From: Cladosporium halotolerans
Lineage: Eukaryota
Reading direction: 5' to 3'
DNA: 64,000 bases
Assembly (NCBI RefSeq): GCF_011745625.1
Contig: NW_027191463.1
Location: 62,001-126,000 of the forward strand
Position numbers and translations under genes: made by a program. The notes under the pieces are model-generated. The model was not told where the DNA came from, ran no database searches, and saw only the letters and a list, made by a program, of their open reading frames with translations. Positions 12,701-23,724 of this stretch are shown piece after piece (the stretch's first letter is position 1; each line of letters opens with the position of its first letter).

Positions 12701-13631
12701 GCTAATGATTTTGGCCCATTACAAGGTGATCAACGACAACAGAAGCTTGAAGCTCGAGGAGTTCTTGCGCCGGCGTGTTCGTCTCCAGCGTGTGGAGGAG
12801 GCTGTCAATCGAAACATCGTCGTCGGTTTCTTTGACACCCTTTACTGGTCCCGTCGCTTCCGTCGCGCGGTGGAGCGCAAGAAGTCAGCGCGCATGAACA
12901 CCGTGCCATCGTTTGGTGTCCCGGAGATCTTTGTTCAAGACGAAGCGGGCGACGATGTCACGCAGGCGAAGAAGTTCCACGTGCCTTCTGTCAGCATCAC
13001 ACAGGTCGACCCCAGCAACGACAACGAAGAAGGCCTCGGCGTGGGCCGCGCCCCGAGCGTTTCTGCATCGGACAATACCGGCAGGCCCTCGTCGTCGTGG
13101 TCTCGCGGCGACGCACGCACTCATCGTAGTAACTCCATCCAGACTACTCCCACGGGCTCGCCCACTCGCGGATCTCTCCAGAGCTCTCCGCAATTGTCAC
13201 CAGCGCACCCTGCCCCGTCTCCTTCGCAGGCTAGCATCCAACCCGACTGGCACTTCGCCGCTGCTCTCGAAAACGCCAACACGCCTCCGGCTAGCCCGTC
13301 CTTGACTGGCGACACCGGCATCGGCGGCAGAAGTAGAGCAAACAGTTCAATTAGCCAATCTGGCATGATGATGGATACCTTCGGCACAAGCGCGTGGGGC
13401 GAGAGTATGCGGCGCAGCGTCACGACGCGCAGGCAAACCATCGACAACAACAACCGGCGCCGCTCGTCTGCTAGGCAGCAGAGCTCGAGTCGCGCTTCGA
13501 GCGCACATCGCCGGCCGAGCGCTGGTCCGAGGCAGTATAGCTCTAGCAGCAGGCCGCCGAGCCCACAGAACCGACCAAGCATGCCCAGGCAATACAGCTC
13601 GAATAGCAGGCCGCCGAGTCCGCAGCAATGA
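6771..13631 (+). CDS. CCH1: Voltage-gated-type calcium channel Cch1
   Basis: 2286-aa single ORF with four 6-TM repeats and S4-like R/K segments (LRILRLL, FKALRALRLL). Pore residues are N/E/E/E (TSNTF, STEDW, SQEGW, VGEGW), followed by an EF-like FKQAWAEFDP. Confidence 0.97.
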   Translation: MANGAEDSPSHRRNRTAQGIPLQTLNADGFQDASDAADHGRHRRTLSDRGRALFRSSRQTSPEQQRRYAPIGEDSPSPPQQSERMPLSPHLYVSSPSGEQSRIPDEDDEAPMSPVADRGAFQSAIGFAGLSFADTSQSQNDAGDYMEHAPPRAVGPPRATRDSLPRLSTSRSSTDDMVSVTLDDGPAFFSPGAADEDDTQPLTDTVRLRPSTLAAPVTPQGSAQGRNRSQSTTLSVRFPSGQRSRRSTSGPRLGDDLHNLEAGDGSPNSRLGTSPSSRKRSLSPASLESPFTRTGNMLRNMSQRVVNLSHEPELVEQAIRRKSSVKAIDKDRDLPPIPVIHPDGDMANDADGPSKSPASEKAPSPVMSEAAPMESHMHHHTPELPRRADPNPLRGKSLSVFSKHSKVRRALLSALVHPFVEPFILLLIVVQTIVLAIDSAGSIRDPDIDQSPGWGHKWSDYTLFAIFLVYTIETIAKIIVSGFIFNPSEYSTIDRSIGLGKALNKKANELLTPHARPSIRHSKRPVAPHDIEPPSLLRAMTMHTFDEVPGGSRQAQKKRLAHRAYLRHSFNRLDFVAVVSFWISFLLNALDVEWGHRLYVFKMMACLRILRLLNITSGTSVILRSLKRAAPSLLNIGILIGFFWLLFGIIGVQSFKSSLRRTCVWDGNNADPPQANYTLDEQYCGGWWAQDGTKMPWVYADGQPGATKHKGYLCPVGSYCVEGENPYNNTVSFDNVGNSLEEVFVIMTSNTFTDIMYYLADTDYLIAALYYAFGIVILYLWLLNLLVAVISSAFQVIREESRSSAFGAREEDLADEGTKSESKQQRRTSGLKRAYEKSKWFWIAIIVYGLVAQSMRHDTMGEYTSDFINVSELIVTLILVGEIAFRLASDWRDFPFHRRNWVDLGLAIITLVIQIPPIHNSGTPYAWLTFFQIVRIYRVVLAVPITRDLIMLVLRHVSGVLNLILFVFLLTFLAAIFATQLFRGIITDDEARVTFGTVFNSFLGMYQILSTEDWTSILYAVTESSSHWGTAWIGALFFILWFILANFITLNMFIAVIQENFDVSEDQKRLQQVRMFLQQKEQGSSASSTMSLFSIFKFGQARRQDPLDFGSAATEMLMKDAVVRDFLDEVEPDENDPQPAPMKRFSTMNIGTTKPGFWTAIWDKTGGRLSRGPPNPFYARLHLSKPYEELDPRSLAKEVVAATEVRKQTQRDYLKLHPNYNKSLFIFKPYNPIRKLCQRMVGPGRGHERIEGVAPNPTVWYVFSAFVYCAIVGMVLLACVTTPLYQKEYFEQPGREFSVKNWFVFTDIGFAALFTVEAIIKVIADGAFFTPNAYFRSSWGFIDGIVLCTLWASVITYLSDPGNGSRAVGAFKALRALRLLNVSDSARNTFHSLIVLGIWKLTSAALVSLSLLIPFAIYGLNLFAGQMQSCNDGGAGITNLTDCVGEYTSQPYNWDVLVPRAVGNDFYDFDSFGGALFILFQIVSQEGWVDVMWSGQSATGVFTQPQDFSTQGNAVYFVIFNLLGAVFILTLFVSVFMRNFSEQTGVAFLTAEQRSWLELRKLLRQVSPSKRPSAKEKRDTWQEWCYRRAVTKNGRWQKGITALLVVHLILLMLEFYPEPQGWSMARDYLFLLFTLLYIANIVIRIIGLSWLRFRRSAWDVYSLFAVSGTFITTLMLLSDFKDRTFIQFQKLFLVSVALMIIPRNNQLDQLFKTGAASLGSIVNLLATWFVFFLVFAIALTQTFGLTRLGDETSANANFRTVPKALILLFRTSVGEGWNALMEDFAAIEAPFCTVGTRYYDGDCGSEKWARALFISWNILSMYIFVNLFISLIYENFSYVYQRSSGLSIISREEIRRFKQAWAEFDPVGTGYISKEAFPRFLGELSGVFEMRVYDGDFTVGAFLEECQVDSPLRRTNSLPLDGAMSYEPRQLDLAKLNAKLNEIPVDEIQRRRVRMNTFYEEVLVSADPDRGIAFGTLLMILAHYKVINDNRSLKLEEFLRRRVRLQRVEEAVNRNIVVGFFDTLYWSRRFRRAVERKKSARMNTVPSFGVPEIFVQDEAGDDVTQAKKFHVPSVSITQVDPSNDNEEGLGVGRAPSVSASDNTGRPSSSWSRGDARTHRSNSIQTTPTGSPTRGSLQSSPQLSPAHPAPSPSQASIQPDWHFAAALENANTPPASPSLTGDTGIGGRSRANSSISQSGMMMDTFGTSAWGESMRRSVTTRRQTIDNNNRRRSSARQQSSSRASSAHRRPSAGPRQYSSSSRPPSPQNRPSMPRQYSSNSRPPSPQQ

Positions 13632-15244
13632 TCGAGCTTCTCAGGTGGCCAGTGGAGGTCTAGGAACGCAGTGTTGAGGTGGCGTTTGGCAGATGCGCGT
13701 CTGGATTGGGTGATTTCTGTTCTTGCATGTTGAGCGTGAGCGTTGAGACACATGGCGTTTTGAATCATGGACGTTTTGAATGCTGGACGAAACATGGCGG
13801 CCTTTGACATGCGGCGAACGACGTACATGGCCTTTTCATTTGTTCTTCTCTTTTCTCGTTCTGCATAGCGCTGGCGTTTCGGTGTATATACGAAAGTACC
13901 CAACCTAATACACCTCATGGAGCACGATAATTCCCTGCAGCTTACTCCGCGCCACCTGTGAGACGGCCACGACTATGAGTATATGCACCTCTTGTGCTTG
14001 TGCTCCAGTGGTCGTGTGAGATTACCGATAAAGCTGTACTCATGTACAGTGCACGCATTTGGCTCATAATCAAACACAAATGATTGAAGAAGCACGTGTT
14101 TTTGGGCCTTATAGCAGGGTTGTTCAACAATCCATTTCCACGCAACTACCGCCGACGCTATTCATTTCCACCCATCTACCGCCAGCAAATCAATGCCAGG
14201 CTATAACCCGCGGGCATTATCGTCACAATCTGAGGCAAAGAGCAGGAGCCGGAATTCAAATGGGAAGATCGTCGCCGGCTCGCTTGCAGCAAGACGGACG
14301 AAGTCAACAATCAACTCGAGACCGCTCCCAGCACCTCTCCCGTCACCTGACGCAATTCCTCCGTCGCAGAGAGCTGGCATGTAAATTCAACGCCGCCACC
14401 CTGCCACGTACCATGGAGTCAATCGTCATGAATGCAAGACCCCTTTCCCCGTGATCTCCTTCGCTAGCGGCGTGGGTCGAGACCTAGCGCCAGCGCGCTG
14501 AAACATGGCGTTGGACTGCACGACCGAACCGCCAGCCGAAACGGGAAAGGAGCTGTTTGGAGGCATTTGTAGCAGGCCGTTTCGCGACTCCACCGCCTGC
14601 GTTTGCAGGATTGCCGGCAATCTTAGATGTACGCATCCCTGCTCAGGGTCTGATAGGGCACGGTGGAGGTGAGTGTACTGGGCTGATGGTAGATAATACC
14701 GGCGGTCCTTGTGGGATGTGAGCAATGTCGCGGCTGTATTCATCTCACTGTCTGCTCCTTGGCCAACGCGCACTCCACGGCGTTAACTCCGCCCATTGAT
14801 CTTGTCTCGGTTCAGCTCTGTCCTGGAGAACACAAGTGACACCTTTGTCTCGGTCTGCTCTACTGCTCTCACCGCTTCTGTCCAATTTCTGCGTCAAGAC
14901 CGGCGGGGGAGCAACGCTGCTGCTCGGCGACGGCTGGTATCGCCTTCGCGTGGGATCGACATCTGCCTGTATTGGGAGGCTGGACCTTGACGACATTTCT
15001 TGAAGAAGAGTGGCTGTTGCTCTACCATTGCCCTGGGATTGCGTTGCTGCTCCAACAACTACTTTAGCGGAGAACGTGGCACCGAGCCTACTTCATATCA
15101 AGTACTGCATTACTGCCGAACAATTCACTGGCTTTCTCACACAAAATCACTACCTTATACAGCAGTGGGGCAGCAATACCTATACACTGCTATCAAGCTA
15201 CCGCGGCTCACATCGCCCACACAACACACGACACGTCCGCCACC

Positions 15245-15652
15245 ATGCCCACCACCACCACCCGCCGTCTCTCGCCATCCAGATCCCTCCAAAAGCTCCG
15301 CACAGCTTTCTCACACTCGCCAACCCGCAGGACAGAGGATTCGCGCTCCCACTCGCCTCTCAGTCCGACCACCTCCGCCTCATCGTCATCACCATCCACA
15401 TCGCCCGCGCCCACCCAGCAAGGCGCTTTCCCGGGCTTCGCGGGCTTCACATTCGGGAACAGCTCGCCGGTGCTTTCGCCCTCGGACTTCGATTCGAGGC
15501 GTGTTATCAGGAGGAAGAAGTCGTGCGTTGAGATTGAGCAAGAAATGGAGAGGACGCTATTTGACGATGCGCTTGTAGGGCTCGTGGAGCCTAGGCCGAG
15601 TGTTGGGCCGGCGCTGGGTGGGATTGAGGAGGTTCTTTGTGGGGAGGTTTAG
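15245..15652 (+). CDS. Small Ser/Pro-rich hypothetical protein (135 aa)
   Basis: ATG in good context (CACCATG). Low-complexity N-terminus followed by an ordered C-terminal segment (RRKKSCVEIEQE..GLVEPRP..GIEEVL). Confidence 0.65.
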   Translation: MPTTTTRRLSPSRSLQKLRTAFSHSPTRRTEDSRSHSPLSPTTSASSSSPSTSPAPTQQGAFPGFAGFTFGNSSPVLSPSDFDSRRVIRRKKSCVEIEQEMERTLFDDALVGLVEPRPSVGPALGGIEEVLCGEV

Positions 15653-15875
15653 GCGTTCGATGAGATTCGCTAGGGTTGGACATTCATTCGGTTTGATGTT
15701 TCTTTTTGCGATGGCAGTTCCGGGGGGAAGGATTGAGCTTACGATACACAAGGGCCCCCGGTTTTGGGAAGGGTTGGGAAATGATATCCGCCGTCTGCAC
15801 TGTTCAGCGGCTTTCTTTTTAGTTCGGCATGTAGATATCTTTGAAAAATGTACAGGGCAGGCGTGCGAGCTTGCT

Positions 15876-17470
15876 TCATCTCACTTCATCTTCCACGCTG
15901 GTTTCATGGGGCTCTTCCAATGGTATGCTCTCCCAGCCTTGAGAGTGCGGCCTTGTGCGGTCCTTTCTGTCAAGACAGCGAGACATGTGTAGCAGGTGCC
16001 CTCTGCGAGCGCGCACAAAGTATGCGTACAGTAGTGCTGACAAGGCCACCGCCGCGGCAGACATGGCGGCAGGGTACTTGAATTGTTCGGGGCGGGGAAA
16101 CATGACCGTCGACAAGAAGGCGAGCATCTCGAACGTGTTTTGGAAGGAGGCTTCGAGGCTTGAGAAGGATCCGCGTACCTCAGGTTCGACTTCGTCTTGA
16201 ATGATGAGCTGAGCGCTGAGGTCGAATCCCCACAGACCCGTCCGACTGAGGATTACCGCCAGTACGAGAGCCAACGTCATACCGTCGGCCTGAGAGTCAG
16301 ACGCAGGAAGCCACAGAAGGGCACAAGAAAGCACGATGAAGACGAGCTCCGCGTTTAGGAACCAGATCCCGGAGCGGACTGCGCCAATGCGATTGTTCAG
16401 CCAGGGGCCCAGCCATGTGGCAGACATTTCGAAGATGGCGGCCACGCCACGGAACAGAGCGATGGTGGCACTGCTCAACCCTTGAGCGAGGAGGTAAGTT
16501 ATGAATTGCCCAGAAAACGACAGCGCTGTCAGATAGAGCAGCGCAAGCGCGAAAGACGGAAGGAACGATGGATGGCGAAAATACGACAGCAGGATGGTGG
16601 CTGTATCCAGGAAGCGCTCGCTCAAGTTTTTAGGAGAAGGGCTAGGTGCTTCATCGGATGTGACTTTTGCTACCCGCAGTGCCGGGATTGATCGGTAAAC
16701 ACGGGCGATAGCAAGATACTCAACCATCACGGAGACACTGCTCATAGTCCCCGTTACCAGTATAGCCAACTGCGTGGAGTTCGAGTCCACGAATGATATC
16801 GCCAAGGGACCAACCAGCTTGCAGAATAGATCAATGCGGCGCATCTGCGCGTTCATGGTGGCGAGCCCTGATTCATCTGAGCCAGCAACTACGACAACCC
16901 AGTCTCGTTCCACTGAGATGGTGTTGAGCACTGCGCTCAGCTTCTCGATACATGCCAAACTCGAAAGGATCAAAAGAGTAATCGTCTTCCCGGATGTTGA
17001 CTGAATCAAATGCGTGTAGATCGACATGAGTAAGAAGCCAACACAGGATACGACAACTGGCAGTCGTTGACCAACTGCAGGGTGTTAGTGAGGACCGGTA
17101 GACTTTGTTGGTTGCGGAGCATACGAATGGATTGCCGAACAACTCTAAGCCGATCTGCTCGATCTATGTAAGAGCCCAGCCATGGTGAGAAGAGTGCCGC
17201 CGAAGCTGCCCGTGCCAACGCGTAGACAGACGCTGGTAGAAGTGTTTGTGGGAATATGTGGGCGAGGAAGAGGAATGCGCCGAATTCAAACACGCGAGAG
17301 TTCCACGTTGAAAGTGCGTGCGAAACGTACAATCGCCTGGAAAGCCGTCGGATTTCGACATCTGTTTGCTGCGGTGAGGCAGTGGCGTCGGCATGTTGCA
17401 GCTGTTGACTTCGCATGCTGTTTGTTTCAGCAATCAGATATTCTTCGTCATGTTTGAGTGATTCTGGCAT
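15876..17470 (-). CDS. Ferroportin (SLC40/FPN1) family iron exporter
   Basis: Motifs LYVSHALSTWNSRVFEF, VERDWVVV, MNAQMRRIDLFCKL, LYLTALSFSGQ and SRTGLWGFDL; intron 17075-17124. Confidence 0.93.
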
Positions 17471-17859
17471 GATAAAAGAGACGAAACCACATCTGAAGTG
17501 ACGGCTTACAGCCCCCGAGAGACTCTGGTTGATCAAAGCAAAAGCGGATAAAAGGTGGTCTGAGGATCTCATCAAGGTACATGTCTCCAGCGGCTTGGGG
17601 CGCTAAGGTTAAGGTAAGCATCCGTCGGCACGGCCCGCCGACTCGCGCGGGAGGGCCAGGCGCGTCGACCTTGGGACTTTCATCAGAGCGTCGCGAACGT
17701 CTCTCACGCAAGCAACTTGCAAACGCACCATTTCACTTTCTTTTCTTTGGCTCCTCCACGCCTACTCCTTGCATTCGACACTTGATACCCGATCGCGCGT
17801 CTCTGAATTGCGCCGCGCTCCGTTACACTTCACCTCCACGAACAAGTCACCTCGTCACC

Positions 17860-20831
17860 ATGCCGCGCTACAAGCGCTCGGCAGAGGTGGCCCAGCTTGA
17901 TGCGCCGGATGAGCCACAGATGGCACCTGAGGCCGCCGAAACACTGAAAGAGCTGCGGAATATGTGGGAGTTCGCGAGTCTGATGCAGTACATTTTCCTC
18001 TTCGGCAATGCCGTCAAGATCGACGAGGACTTCGACATTGAAGTATGCCCCTCCGCCCTGACTCTCGCTACCCCGCCGGCCTTGCGATCGGAATATGAAT
18101 TCAAGAGATCCCTTGCTAATCTTGCAACAACAGGACCTCGAACATGAGTGCCTGCTCCCCCATCCGTCAGAAAAGCTCGCGCAAATTGGGCTTTCCATGC
18201 TTAAGACAGTCTCATCTCATAGAGGCCTCACGTGAGTGCACCGCTGACATATGCGTGAATCTCTCTGACATCTTGAAGTCCCGAAATCTTCGCCGAGTAT
18301 ACACGCCGACAGTATCTGGCAAAAGCTCCCTCGCGTAATCCTTTCGGTGAGGACGAGGAACCGACCAAATTCGACGACCTTGATGTCTTCACCAGAATAC
18401 GTGTTTTGCAGCAATTGAGTACATGGACATTCTTCAATGAAGCGCGGATACGCGATCGCATGCCAGAAGACGAAGACCATCTGAGCTGGCGCATCGATCC
18501 AATCGGGTGGGATAAGGACGATCGATCATACTATGTTCTCGACGACAATCGATTATACCGTCGCTCAGACGCAGCACCGCCTCCGCCGCTACCGGCACCA
18601 AAGCCTAAACCGAAGCCAAAGGCGAAGAAGCCTCCTAAGCCGAAGAGCAGAGGCACGAGGTCCTCGAAGCGTTTCAAGGCAGAGTCTGAGCCGGAAGATG
18701 AAGACGAGGAAATGGCCGACGCCGAAGCAGGCGCACAAGACGACGTGGTTGTTGCACATGCCGGAGACGCGACCAACGCAGAAGGGGACTTCGGCTTCAC
18801 GAATAATACTTGGGAGTGCATTGCCATCACTCTGGCGGACTATCAGGAGTTCTTGTCAACCATCTTCCGCTCACGCGATCCGAACGAGAAGCAACTGCGA
18901 CAGAGTATCGAGAGCGACGTGCTTCCGATTCTGGAGAAACGCGCTGAAGCGGTACGCCAAAAGCAGCTGAAGAAGCAGCGAGAGCTAGAGAACCTCCAGA
19001 AGATGTCAGGCGCAAAGCGATCGAGCCGTCTCGCCGTCAAAGCCGATAAAGAGCGTGAAGAGCGCGAGGCTCGCGAAGCGGAAGAGAAGAAACAACGCGA
19101 ACTTCGCATGGCGCATGAAGAACAAGATAGGCAGCGCAGGATCGAAGAGGTGAGACACTCCATGTTCCATGACAAGCAGCAAATCTAACATGAATCCAGG
19201 GCCACGAATCCCGCAGAATGACCCGCGAACAGCGCCTGAAAGAGCGTGAGACCAAGCGTATTCTCCAAGAGGAAGAGCTTGCCAGGCTCGAGCGGGAAGG
19301 CGAGCGGGAGGCTTCACAGGACATGAACGATGCCGACAACATCAAACGCCAGTCTGGGCGCCAACTGAAGTCGCAGAAGGAACAACTACAGAAAGATCTC
19401 CAAGAGCTACAAGATGAGGAAGGTGATTGGTACTTCGACTGCGCCGTATGCGGGCTGCATGGCGAGAACTTTGACGACGGCACCCATTCCATGGCCTGCG
19501 ATCGTTGCAATGTATGGCAGCACAGCAAGTGTCACGGCGTTACGCCTGCACAAGCGGGCAGCGACGATTTCGCTTTCGTGTGCCATGCCTGCAAGAAGAA
19601 GGAAGAAGATGCTAAGAAACCTAAGATTCCATCACTGAAGCTGGGCAAGAGGTCAAGTGGCAGCCCTGAGGCTCAAAGAGGCGATGACAGGCCGCCATCC
19701 TCGAGTGCACCCCGAGACAGCGGCCTGCCACCTCATGTTCAGCGCCAGCTTGACGGCGATCAAGCTCCTTCGCGATACCCTCCGCCCCAGCAAGCATATT
19801 ACCCCAACTTGTCTCATGGTGCAACAATGCCGCCGGGAATGCCGCAGCCCCCACATCAGGCGTACTATCCCGTACCTACACACTCGGCACAGCCTAGACC
19901 ACCGCAGCAACAGTGGCAAGGCAGCCCTCTACCTCCACCTCGAAGGCCATCCCAATCTGGTCATGGCGGCTCGCCGTCGCCTGTTCCTGAAGGCGGTGCA
20001 CCAGCTCATCATCCTCATCAATATCAGCATCAGTACGCCCATCAAAATGCCGTCCAGGCAAGTGGTGGACATCCTGGTTATCACCCACCTGCAACTGAGT
20101 ACGGCCGTAGCCCGCAGTCCAGCAGACAGGCATATCCGATGAGCTCTCCACCGCCGCAACAATATCCCAACCTGTACACCCAACAACCCAGCTTGCAAAG
20201 ATATTCACCTCCACAACCAGCGCGCCAGCCCGAACAACCTCCTCACAGGCCCAGCTCCGCACACTTAATGAACGGCTTTCAGTCACCAGCGAAGCGCGCT
20301 CCACCCTCCTCTCCTGGCCCGCTTCCCACACAGCCAACACCTCAGCCGCGCCAATCACCTCTCTTGCACAGCCCATTGACGTCCTTCCCGCCTCCTTCGA
20401 ATGGATACGCCTACAATGCTGGACACTCACCCACCAAATCCTCACCTCCCGCTCAGCCTCGGCCCCTCCCACGACCCTCGTCACAGTCAATGGCGCAATC
20501 TCCCTTACAAGCTACTCCATCGAACGGACACGGCTACCCTTCACCATTGCACCATTTCCAAACACCCACCAATAACGGTACCGCTCAGCCTGCTCCTGCT
20601 TCCGCGACAGCGAACGGGGTTGCTGCGGATGGCATGTCCGGGCCCTGGCCCGAAAGTACTAAAGCCATCCCGCAAAAGCATGACCAGAACCCAACCCAGC
20701 AGCCGTTGCCTCCTTCCATGGTTTCAAGCACGCCAGGTAACGGGGCCAGTATACTTCCTCCGAACCTTGCCCCTAGCCCTGTTCAAGTTGCGCAGGGAGA
20801 GAAGGGTAGTGTGCCGGTCAAGAAGGAATGA
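17860..20831 (+). CDS. PHD-finger chromatin protein with DDT/WHIM-like N-terminus and Pro-rich tail
   Basis: LRNMWEFASLMQY, WRIDPIGWD..YYVLDDNRLY, and a PHD finger CAVCG..CDRCNVWQHSKC..FVCHAC. Three short introns near 18043-18133, 18232-18278 and 19150-19199. Confidence 0.85.
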
Positions 20832-21336
20832 TGGCTATTCGACTTCGGACATATCAAGCAATGGATTGAACGTTGTAGTACGCTCGGCAATTTTGGTTAG
20901 ATACCCTTGTAGCAACAGACAGCACAGACTATTGGAGACAGCATTGAACCTCCTGAAAGTGCCTGTACGAATTGACATCCAACACTTGAAATGTCAAATC
21001 TCGCCTCGACCGAGCAAATGAGTGAGATAGCATAGCCCTGTGTCTGTTTTGCGAGGCCAGTATCCAGACATTTGTTTCTTGATTTGGACAACCGATCAAA
21101 TGCTTACTGATGTTTCTCGTGACGTAATTCGTAATGAGACACATTCTTGTTATTACATTAGGCAGTACCTAGATAGAAAACCAATCACAGTGCATGCGTC
21201 CATTCCCCAAAGTCACGTGATTGCGCGTGCAACAAGCGCGTCGTCTCGCGCGCTTCGAGATCTCGAAGTCCGACGATCGCAACTCTCGCAAGATCGTTCC
21301 CAGAAAGCCACAAACTCGTACCTCACACCGTGCAAG

Positions 21337-23652
21337 ATGCCACCCAAGCGGAAACGTACCAACATCGAGAAAGCACGTCACTACCTGTCCGGAGGTAGCG
21401 TGCTTAGAGAAGACTCAGACGATGAGCTCGGCCTTGAGGATCACCCCTGGGACTTTATTTACTCCAGCGACGACAAAGCTCTCGCCGGCACCCCAGCAGT
21501 AGAAAATGGCTCGAAGAACATCATCGGCGCCCGAATGGGTGACTTTGAATGCTACATTGGCGACACAGTCCTGCTGAAGGCCCCGGCGGGAAATGAGGCT
21601 TGGGTCGCAATTATCTATGATCTTTCTGAAGGCGAGCTCGAGGATGACGACGGAGAGATGGTCTTGCAAAAGAAGGCGACCATGATGTGGTTTTCCTCGG
21701 AGAAAGAAATTAGAGGCAAGAGCAAGCGTACGGATTATCTGCCCAATGAGCTGTACATCACCGCGAATTTTGACGAGAATCCTTTGACAACAATCAATGG
21801 AAAAGCGAAGGTGATGTCCGAAAAGGAATTCGTGGCTCAATATCCAAGCGGAAAGGTTTCGAAGAATTCCAAGGACTATGGCAAGGTCTTCGTCTGTCGG
21901 AGGGGCGCGAACATCAAGACAGCGACGTACACCGAGGAGTTCATATGGGAAGACGTGTTCAAGAGCAGAAAGGAGGATTTGGATACTATCAGCGACCTGG
22001 TGGAGAGACAGACTGTCAAGACTCGTCGGCGCAAGCCTACAAAGAAGAGAGAGGAGAACGAGTATGGGTTGGAGGACATTGACGAAGAAGGTGGGGATGA
22101 TCCTGCGACACCTCGAAAGCGTCGGAAGGTGACCTCTGCCACACCCACTCCATCTAAGGCGAAGCAAAGAACACCCAGGAAGTTCACGACTCCAACACAC
22201 AAACGAATTGTCACCAAGAAGCCTCTAGAATTCACGCCGCTCGGTACGAGAATGCTCTCACCCTCACAGCTGAATGCATCGCCGTATCAGCTTGCCCGCT
22301 CCACGCTTCATGTCTCGGCTGTGCCCCATGCACTACCTTGTCGCGAGGAGGAATTTGATACAGTGCAATCACACTTGGAGGTTGCTATTACAGCCGGCAC
22401 TGGTGCGTGTATTTACATCTCAGGCACGCCTGGTACCGGAAAGACAGCAACAGTCAGAGAAGTGGTGGCATCCCTGCAAACAGCCGTAGCGGATGAGCAG
22501 TTGGATGACTTCTATTTCGTGGAAATCAATGGCATGAAAGTCACAGACCCCCATCAGTCATACAGCTTACTATGGGAGGCGCTGAAAGGTGATCGTGTCA
22601 GTTCAGCACACGCTTTGGAGCTTCTGGAACGAGAGTTCACGACGCCATCACCGCGCCGTGTGCCTTGCGTGGTACTGATGGACGAGCTTGATCAGCTTGT
22701 GACTCGCAATCAGGGCGTCATGTACAATTTCTTCAATTGGCCACAGCTTCGGCATAGTCGACTAATCGTACTAGCCGTCGCAAACACTATGGACTTGCCA
22801 GAGCGAACACTCAGCAACAAGATCAGCTCTCGATTGGGTCTTACTCGTATCACCTTCCCGGGCTATACCCACACTCAACTCATGGCCATCATCCAATCGC
22901 GACTTGAAGGTGTCGGTCAGGTCATTGTCGAGCCCGACGCGGTGCAATTTGCAAGTCGAAAAGTCGCAGCAGTCTCTGGTGACGCGCGACGTGCCCTCGA
23001 CATATGTCGACGCGCAGTGGAAATCGCAGAGCAGGAGAGCGTGGAGGCCGAGAAGGAAAAGGAAAATGCGGCACCTGATACTCCAAGTAAGACGCCAGCG
23101 AGACAGAAGCCTCTGCCTCTTGGTCCGGCGCAGAAGAAAGGCATTGTCAACATCGCAACTATCAGACGTGCCATCACCGAAGCAACTTCAACTCCGATGG
23201 CTGCATACCTCCGCTCGTTGCCTCTAGCGAGCAAACTTTTCCTGGGTGCCTTGCTCGCCCGCTTGAGGCGGACAGGTATCACAGAATCTACTCTTGCCGA
23301 CATCTCCAACGAAGCACGACGAATGGGCGCAATGTCTCAGTCGAAGCCTCTCGAGCAATACCTCCTGACCCCAGACGCCACGCCTCCACAGCGAGCAGAA
23401 GAGGATGCACCAGGAGCCGTACAAACACCGTCCAAGCGTGGACGCCCGGCTCTCAAGAAGGAAATTGAGAAGGCGGCAAGGGTAATGGGTCTTGGTGGTG
23501 CTGCAGTCGAGCTGGCCGAAGCCGGCATAATAGGCGTCGAAAGCAGGCATGGAGATCGTGTTGGCAGAGTCAGGCTCGGAGTTGGTGAAGAAGAGGTCAG
23601 GAACGCTCTTAGAGAGGATGAAGAGAGCAGGGGACTGGGCTTCAACGCGTGA
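21337..23652 (+). CDS. ORC1: Origin recognition complex subunit 1 (BAH + AAA+)
   Basis: BAH-like N-terminus, LPCREEEF, Walker A GTPGTGKT, Walker B LMDELD, ANTMDLPER, SGDARRALD. First ATG at 21337. Confidence 0.96.
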   Translation: MPPKRKRTNIEKARHYLSGGSVLREDSDDELGLEDHPWDFIYSSDDKALAGTPAVENGSKNIIGARMGDFECYIGDTVLLKAPAGNEAWVAIIYDLSEGELEDDDGEMVLQKKATMMWFSSEKEIRGKSKRTDYLPNELYITANFDENPLTTINGKAKVMSEKEFVAQYPSGKVSKNSKDYGKVFVCRRGANIKTATYTEEFIWEDVFKSRKEDLDTISDLVERQTVKTRRRKPTKKREENEYGLEDIDEEGGDDPATPRKRRKVTSATPTPSKAKQRTPRKFTTPTHKRIVTKKPLEFTPLGTRMLSPSQLNASPYQLARSTLHVSAVPHALPCREEEFDTVQSHLEVAITAGTGACIYISGTPGTGKTATVREVVASLQTAVADEQLDDFYFVEINGMKVTDPHQSYSLLWEALKGDRVSSAHALELLEREFTTPSPRRVPCVVLMDELDQLVTRNQGVMYNFFNWPQLRHSRLIVLAVANTMDLPERTLSNKISSRLGLTRITFPGYTHTQLMAIIQSRLEGVGQVIVEPDAVQFASRKVAAVSGDARRALDICRRAVEIAEQESVEAEKEKENAAPDTPSKTPARQKPLPLGPAQKKGIVNIATIRRAITEATSTPMAAYLRSLPLASKLFLGALLARLRRTGITESTLADISNEARRMGAMSQSKPLEQYLLTPDATPPQRAEEDAPGAVQTPSKRGRPALKKEIEKAARVMGLGGAAVELAEAGIIGVESRHGDRVGRVRLGVGEEEVRNALREDEESRGLGFNA

Positions 23653-23724
23653 CCGATAAAAGCGAACAATGAGTGCAATGATACCCTGGCAAAAGGCCGA
23701 ATGACATTTCATCTACGCTAATGC

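Noticed and set aside
14609..14622. 14-bp perfect palindrome GATTGCCGGCAATC
   Set aside because: A few palindromes of this length are expected by chance in 64 kb.
21040..21336. 99-aa N-terminal extension of ORC1 in the ORF track
   Set aside because: It starts at a non-ATG codon and runs through promoter-like sequence; the first ATG at 21337 is the likely start.
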